Assembly: GCF_900199515.1 (NCBI RefSeq)
Contig: NZ_LT963433.1
Span: forward strand, 60,001 to 92,000
Direction of reading: 5' to 3'
Source of the DNA: Massilicoli timonensis
GTDB taxonomy: Bacteria > Bacillota_I > Bacilli_A > Erysipelotrichales > Erysipelotrichaceae
Length of the DNA: 32,000 bases
In this document: one piece after another, positions 26,764 to 32,000 of the stretch
Layout of the letters: each line of letters starts with the position of its first letter
Position numbering within the stretch: position 1 is the first letter of the stretch
Translations under genes and position numbers: made by a program
The notes under the pieces: generated by a model
What the model was told of the DNA's origin: nothing
What the model saw: only the letters and a program-made list of their open reading frames with translations
Databases searched by the model: none

Positions 26764-27678
26764 ATGGAACTACGGGTACTTGGCTATTTCCTTGCGATTG
26801 CGAGGGAACAAAGCATCATTCGAGCAGCTGCTTCCTTACATTTATCACAACCGACACTATCTACACAGATCCGCAAATTGGAAGAGGAATTAGGCAAACA
26901 GTTATTGGTGCGCGGCAGTAAGGGATCACGAAAGGTAACTTTGACGGAAGAAGGGATGATCTTAAAGAAGCGCGCTGAGGAAATTCTGCATCTCGTTGAA
27001 AAAACAGAGAAAGAGATCACCTTTTCTGATCATGGCGTAGTCGGCGATGTCTATATCGGTGCCGGAGAAACCGATGCGCTCAGACTGCTTGCCCAAGCCG
27101 CCAAAGCGCTGCACCAATCACATCCCGGTATTCATTATCATCTTTCCAGCGGCAATGCGGAATTTGTATTGGAGCAGTTGGAAAAAGGGCTGATTGATTT
27201 TGGGATCGTGTTCGGCAATGTTGATTTTACAAAATATAATGCTTTGAAAATGCCGATAAAAGATACTTGGGGCGTGCTGATGCGGAAGGATTGCGCACTT
27301 GCAAAAAAAGCAGCGATCACACCTGAAGATTTATGGGAGCTGCCCTTGATTCTCTCCCACCAAAAAAATCAGGAGGGTGCGTTTTACACATGGCTAAAAA
27401 AAGATGTAGAGCAGTTAGACATCATCGCTACTTATAATTTGTTGTTTAATGCCTCTTTACTGGTAGAAGAAGGACTTGGCTATGCGATCGGTCTTGACAA
27501 GATCATTCACACCGGCAAAAACAGCAAGCTGTGTTTTCGACCTTTGTATCCAAGCGTGGAAGCAGAGATGTTTATCGTGTGGAAAAAATACCAAGTGTTC
27601 TCAAAAGCGGCGGAGCAGTTTATGCGAAAAGTGAAAGAATTACAGGAAAGGGATAATGTCGTGTCTTCAGATCTCTAA
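26764..27678 (+). CDS. LysR-family transcriptional regulator
   Basis: MELRVLGYFLAIAREQSIIRAAASLHLSQPTLSTQIRKLEEELG HTH plus a ~200-aa substrate-binding domain. RBS GAGGAGG. Confidence 0.9.
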   Translation: MELRVLGYFLAIAREQSIIRAAASLHLSQPTLSTQIRKLEEELGKQLLVRGSKGSRKVTLTEEGMILKKRAEEILHLVEKTEKEITFSDHGVVGDVYIGAGETDALRLLAQAAKALHQSHPGIHYHLSSGNAEFVLEQLEKGLIDFGIVFGNVDFTKYNALKMPIKDTWGVLMRKDCALAKKAAITPEDLWELPLILSHQKNQEGAFYTWLKKDVEQLDIIATYNLLFNASLLVEEGLGYAIGLDKIIHTGKNSKLCFRPLYPSVEAEMFIVWKKYQVFSKAAEQFMRKVKELQERDNVVSSDL

Positions 27679-27732
27679 TATGTAAAACCAGCACAACAAC
27701 GACAAGTAAAATGATAAAAACATTTATTAAAG

Positions 27733-27758
27733 AAAAAAGCAGAAGAATCTGCTTTTTA
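27733..27758. terminator. Hairpin terminator flanked by A-run and T-run at the composition boundary
   Basis: AAGCAGA (27737-27743) - AGAA - TCTGCTT (27748-27754), then TTTT. AAAAAA precedes it. Confidence 0.55.
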
Positions 27759-27884
27759 AGGTTAAGGATAGATGTCATCATACCAATTCTCTTAGTCTTT
27801 TTTATCAAATGAATGAAAAGAGCGTAAATTTGAATTTAGGTTTTATTCAGTAACCGATCTTATTTTCTATCGTTAAACCCTTTT

Positions 27885-29636
27885 TTACGATTCATTATCG
27901 AGCTGCCAATGAGAACTTTCATTTTGTAATTCAACCATATGATGATATAGTCCTTTCTGCGCATACAATTGCGCTGGCGTTCCCTGTTCTTTAACACGTC
28001 CATTTTCCAGTACAACAATTTTATCAGCCGATTGAACAGTACGCATGCGGTGTGCAATAACTAATACTGTTTTATTTTTTAAGAGTCTTGATAAAGCTTC
28101 TTGAACTTTCGTTTCATTTTCGACATCAAGACTAGCAGTAGCTTCATCCAATAAAATGATCGGAGCATCTTTCAACAAAGCTCTGGCAATGGATATGCGT
28201 TGTCTTTCCCCACCGGAAAGCTTCGCCCCATTTTCACCAATAAATGTATGATATCCTTGAGGTAACACATCCACAAATTCATCACAGTTTGCTGCTTTGG
28301 CAGCTGCCAGTACTTCTTCATCTGTTGCTCCTCGCTTACCAAGACGAATATTTTCCATAACAGTATCATCAAATAAAACAACATCCTGAAATACCATTGA
28401 ATAGTCACTTAACAATATCTCTGGATCAACTGTGGAAATATCCACACCTCCTACCTTGATTGTACCTTTAGAAATATCCCATAATCTGGCTGCCAATCTT
28501 GCACAAGTACTCTTTCCTGAACCTGAGGGTCCAACCAATGCTGTCACTTCTCCCTCTTTGGCAGTAAAACTAATATCATGTAAAACTTCATTTTGATCGT
28601 AAGCAAAGCTGACATGTTCAAATACAATATCATGTCCTTGAGGATCAAACTTTTCTATACCGCCTGCCAAAGATGTTTCATAGATTTGATTCATACGATT
28701 GGCAGATATTTGAGAAACAAACATTTCCGCAATCAAAGCCAGACTTTGATCGAAAGGAGCATAAATACGTGTAATAACCATCAAAAATAAGAACAAAAGC
28801 ATAAAATCAATACTTCCGGATAAAATGAGATGTGTTCCTACAAGCATTGTTGTTGCGACACCAAGACGCATGATCACGCTCGCTGCATTGACAAAAAGTC
28901 CCGTTCCCAGTTCTCCCTGGATCATGACACGTTCATGATCGTCAATCTTCTGATATAATTCTTCTAAATATCGTTCTTCCTGATTGGTGGCTCGTATTTC
29001 TCTAATATTTTCCAACGTTTCTTGAATACCATCAGAAACACGAATAGCATAACTTTTTGTTCTTTGCGATGCTTGAGCAGTAAATTTTCTTGATCCAAAC
29101 AATAAAGCAAAAGCAACTGGAACACCCCACAGACAAGCCACAGCGAGTCGCCAATCATAGACAAATAAACAAACTGCGATAACTGTCGTAGAAATATAAG
29201 CACCATAGAGATAGCCTAAGACATGTGACCAGACATGTTCCATACGATTGACATCGCCCATAATCGTTTCTGTTAAATCAGCTAAATCACGCTTGCCAAA
29301 ATATCCAAGTGGAAGCTTGCGAAGTCGTTCAGCAAGACGCAAACGAGTTGCTTTCACTTCATTATACACAAGTCCATAAGTGGCTTTATATTGCTGTAAA
29401 TGTGTTATAAAAGACAAGAACACAAATACGACAAGTAAAGTAAGAATAAGTATGGTATGAGATAATGAACTTCCATCTATGAGAGCACTCATAAAATCAG
29501 ACATCATCAAGTAGAGAATACTCATCCCCATCATAACGATCAAATTAACAACGACTGTCCAAAATGTTCCTTTTTTGATGTTTTGTACACCTTGATCCGT
29601 GAGAGCATATTTGCGCTTAAATTTTTCTCCAAACAT
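27885..29636 (-). CDS. ABC exporter subunit (fused permease/ATPase), second gene of a heterodimer pair
   Basis: 583 aa. GPSGSGKST, LSGGERQR, ILLDEATASLD, IAHR. ATG directly abuts the TAA of the upstream ABC gene. Confidence 0.9.
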   Translation of the reverse strand: MFGEKFKRKYALTDQGVQNIKKGTFWTVVVNLIVMMGMSILYLMMSDFMSALIDGSSLSHTILILTLLVVFVFLSFITHLQQYKATYGLVYNEVKATRLRLAERLRKLPLGYFGKRDLADLTETIMGDVNRMEHVWSHVLGYLYGAYISTTVIAVCLFVYDWRLAVACLWGVPVAFALLFGSRKFTAQASQRTKSYAIRVSDGIQETLENIREIRATNQEERYLEELYQKIDDHERVMIQGELGTGLFVNAASVIMRLGVATTMLVGTHLILSGSIDFMLLFLFLMVITRIYAPFDQSLALIAEMFVSQISANRMNQIYETSLAGGIEKFDPQGHDIVFEHVSFAYDQNEVLHDISFTAKEGEVTALVGPSGSGKSTCARLAARLWDISKGTIKVGGVDISTVDPEILLSDYSMVFQDVVLFDDTVMENIRLGKRGATDEEVLAAAKAANCDEFVDVLPQGYHTFIGENGAKLSGGERQRISIARALLKDAPIILLDEATASLDVENETKVQEALSRLLKNKTVLVIAHRMRTVQSADKIVVLENGRVKEQGTPAQLYAQKGLYHHMVELQNESSHWQLDNES

Positions 29637-31439
29637 TTACTTTGCCTCCTTATCACTTGTAATTTTCCATTGAACTGCTTGGTTGTAATCTTGCCACATT
29701 CTAGCATACAAACCATCAGCATTAACCAATTCTTCATGTGTACCTTGTTCGACAAGCGTTCCTTTTTCTAATACGATAATCTTATCGGCTCCTACAACAG
29801 TAGAAAGACGATGGGCAATCATTATGACAGTGCGTCCCTTTGTAAGCATAGCAAATGCTTTTTGGATGAGCACTTCATTTTCTGGATCAGCAAAAGCCGT
29901 CGCTTCATCCAGTACAACAATAGGCGCATCTTTCAAAATTGCTCTAGCTAATGCAATACGCTGTTGCTCCCCGCCAGAAAGATAAGTTCCTTCTGTTCCA
30001 ATCTGTGTATCAATACCATCAGGTAACTTATCAATAATATCTTTGCATTGAGCTGCCATCAATGCTTCCATGACTTGTTCTCTTGATGCCTGTGGACGTG
30101 CAGCACGTACATTTTCTAAAATAGATGTTTTGAATAAACGATTGTTTTGGAAAACAAAAGCCACTTGATCCATAAGAACATGAGGATCCATTTGTGTAAC
30201 ATTCACACCCCCAATTTCTACTGCACCTGAACTGGCATCCCAAAATCTCGGAATCAGACTAGCAGCCGTTGTTTTCCCTCCACCAGAAGGACCAACCAGC
30301 GCTATTGTCTGTCCTGAATCTGCTATAAAAGATACATGTGAAAGTGCTGGTCTTATGGCTCCACCATAAGTAAAACTGACATCCTTAAACTCTACTTTAT
30401 TATTCTGCGGCATTTGTGGATGATCAGGTTTCTTTAATGTTGGTGCTTCTATGACTTGACGAATACGATCCAATGCTGTACCCGCCAGCATCATTCCTGA
30501 AGAAGCAAACATAATTTTAGCAAGAGCCGTAGAAATAATAGCAGAAAAAACAGCATAGAAAACAAAATCAGTGATAAACTCCGCAAACTGTCCGTTTGCT
30601 AAAGAATTAGGTGCTAAAAATAGAACAACAGGTACTAGAAAAATAAACGCACCTTCTGTAAAAGTCAAGTTGATTGTTTGAGGAATTTGACAGACATCCG
30701 CCTGATAATATTCAGCCTTATTGCTATAAGCCTCTATTGCCTCTTTGAATGCTCTAAAAGAATAAACAGTCTGCTGGAAAATTTTGACGACTGGAATTCC
30801 TCGAACATATTCCGTTCCTGCCTTTGTCATACGATCTTGAGCTGCCTGATACTCCCCAACAATTTGTACGTTTTTGCCACCCATCATCGAAAACATCGCA
30901 ATCACTGAAATAACCACTGTCATCAAACATGCCAATCCCATGCGCCAGTCAAAAACAAACATCATGACTATCATTGATATAAAAAGCACGATTGTACCCA
31001 CAATATCAGCTAAGTTATGTGCCATAAGCTGTTCTGTGTCAGCCGCTGCTGCGTCCAATCGTCCACGAATCAACCCAGAGGCATTGGAATCAAAATAGCC
31101 AAGAGGCACTTTCATCATATGGGCAACACCCTGTTTGCGAATATTCGCCGCAGTACGGAAAGCTGCAAGATGCGTACACATCAAGCCTATAAAATATAGG
31201 ATAATTCCACCAACTGCAAAACCAAAGGCTGCCCAGCCATATTGAGAGACATCTTGTGCCTGCGTCCAATTTGGTGCTGCTGCAATGAGATCGCGTGCTA
31301 CCAGCCAGATACAAATGTAAGGCACCATACTTAAAAGCATTGATACTGCTGATAAGACTAATCCTAAAAAAGTCAATCCTTTACGCTTACCCGCATATCC
31401 TAACAAAACCGTGATATCACTTTTTTTCTTTTCTTCCAT
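29637..31439 (-). CDS. ABC exporter subunit (fused permease/ATPase), first gene of a heterodimer pair
   Basis: 600 aa. GPSGGGKTT, LSGGEQQR, VVLDEATAFAD, IAHR. RBS AAGGAGGG. Confidence 0.9.
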   Translation of the reverse strand: MEEKKKSDITVLLGYAGKRKGLTFLGLVLSAVSMLLSMVPYICIWLVARDLIAAAPNWTQAQDVSQYGWAAFGFAVGGIILYFIGLMCTHLAAFRTAANIRKQGVAHMMKVPLGYFDSNASGLIRGRLDAAAADTEQLMAHNLADIVGTIVLFISMIVMMFVFDWRMGLACLMTVVISVIAMFSMMGGKNVQIVGEYQAAQDRMTKAGTEYVRGIPVVKIFQQTVYSFRAFKEAIEAYSNKAEYYQADVCQIPQTINLTFTEGAFIFLVPVVLFLAPNSLANGQFAEFITDFVFYAVFSAIISTALAKIMFASSGMMLAGTALDRIRQVIEAPTLKKPDHPQMPQNNKVEFKDVSFTYGGAIRPALSHVSFIADSGQTIALVGPSGGGKTTAASLIPRFWDASSGAVEIGGVNVTQMDPHVLMDQVAFVFQNNRLFKTSILENVRAARPQASREQVMEALMAAQCKDIIDKLPDGIDTQIGTEGTYLSGGEQQRIALARAILKDAPIVVLDEATAFADPENEVLIQKAFAMLTKGRTVIMIAHRLSTVVGADKIIVLEKGTLVEQGTHEELVNADGLYARMWQDYNQAVQWKITSDKEAK

Positions 31440-31457
31440 GGCAATCCCTCCTTAATA

Positions 31458-31475
31458 AGTTAGTTATAACTAACT
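31458..31475. promoter_or_regulatory. Perfect 18-bp palindrome, candidate TetR-type operator of the ABC pair
   Basis: AGTTAGTTATAACTAACT is its own reverse complement. It lies 6 nt upstream of the RBS of the 29637..31439 gene. Confidence 0.55.
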
Positions 31476-31566
31476 CAAACTCTAAAAAAAGAAAATTTCT
31501 AGGCCTTCCTCTTATTGATAAAGTCTGAAAACCATTATATATCATTTTTTCAACAGACTCCTTACG

Positions 31567-32000
31567 TTATATAGGAAATAGTTTTAGCCATCCAGCAGTA
31601 TAAAATTCTCGTAATTGTTCGACATCACGCATTGCTTCTTCTTTAGGCATATCATGGATTACAATTTCAAAAATTCCACCCAGCATACCACTAGCAATAA
31701 TATGGCACAGCGAATGACTCAATTCATGTCCTTCATACCCTAAACTACGAAGCGTTTCCACATATTGCATCGTACTTTCCACTTCAACTTCAACCATATT
31801 ATGGATAAAATTCTCATAATCCGTACCATCAGCGCCACATATCAACAATTTGACCGGTTCTCTATGTTCGCAAATGTAATCCACCATCCAGCGAAGACAA
31901 GATCCAGATTCTACTCCAACATGTGTTATTTTTTCTTTTTCGGGCAATTTGGCAAAAGAAAGCTGAGCATCCATAAATCTTGACATCAAAGCTTTCGCGT
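31567..32000 (-). CDS. Probable TetR/AcrR-family regulator, C-terminal ligand-binding part only; 5' end beyond window
   Basis: The frame is open to the window edge (..AKALMSRFMDAQ...). All-helical ~140 aa with no HTH in view. The call rests mainly on position upstream of the ABC pair and the palindromic operator. Confidence 0.45.
   Translation of the reverse strand, partial: AKALMSRFMDAQLSFAKLPEKEKITHVGVESGSCLRWMVDYICEHREPVKLLICGADGTDYENFIHNMVEVEVESTMQYVETLRSLGYEGHELSHSLCHIIASGMLGGIFEIVIHDMPKEEAMRDVEQLREFYTAGWLKLFPI

Noticed and set aside
27620-27808. 62-aa minus-strand ORF with a strongly hydrophobic stretch (ILLLFSLINVFIILLVVVVLVL), possible small membrane peptide or toxin
   Set aside because: It has a TTG start with no Shine-Dalgarno sequence. 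It overlaps the 3' end of the LysR gene and contains the 27737-27754 terminator hairpin. The hydrophobicity is explained by T-rich DNA.
27680-32000. Calling the low-GATC segment a defined mobile element
   Set aside because: No integrase, transposase, terminal inverted repeats or flanking direct repeats are visible in the window, and the right end is not in view. It is reported only as a compositional island.

Overview
This looks like a chromosomal segment from a mid-GC anaerobic Bacillota (Firmicutes) genome. The evidence is desulfoferrodoxin, an [FeFe]-hydrogenase and the sporulation-linked yunB/yunC genes. An Erysipelotrichia/Clostridia-like origin is only a low-confidence guess. I can support about 31 protein genes, mostly on the minus strand. 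I see no rRNA, tRNA, CRISPR array, transposase or integrase. Gene order: partial YgiQ radical-SAM gene; dfx; patatin-like lipase; divergent MerR(BmrR-like)/MATE efflux pair with a 19-bp-spacer promoter; DUF349 repeat protein; a Fur/PerR-like gene translationally coupled to a single ORF fusing an [FeFe]-hydrogenase to rubredoxin and rubrerythrin; nagB; aldose epimerase; a decayed nucleoside-deaminase pseudogene next to an intact cytidine/blasticidin-S-type deaminase; ABC exporter; pgi; S1-domain protein; YuiD; NifU; bPH membrane protein; thioredoxin-like lipoprotein; yunB; yunC; mscL; the full pstSCAB-phoU operon; a LysR-controlled operon of uncharacterised genes (small Cys-containing protein, DUF3737 fused to an aminotransferase C-terminal remnant, cyclophilin-like lipoprotein); and a TetR-like/ABC/ABC efflux module. 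The most interesting items are: (1) the PerR-coupled hydrogenase-rubredoxin-rubrerythrin fusion, a putative single-polypeptide H2-to-peroxide reductase; (2) the uncharacterised LysR/DUF3737-fusion/cyclophilin-like operon; (3) a roughly 4-5-fold excess of GATC across most of the window that disappears in the last ~4.3 kb, marking the TetR/ABC module as compositionally foreign; (4) an mscL terminator hairpin that contains both a sigma-E-like promoter and the ribosome-binding site of yunC. All function calls come from motif and family recognition by eye. No database search was run.
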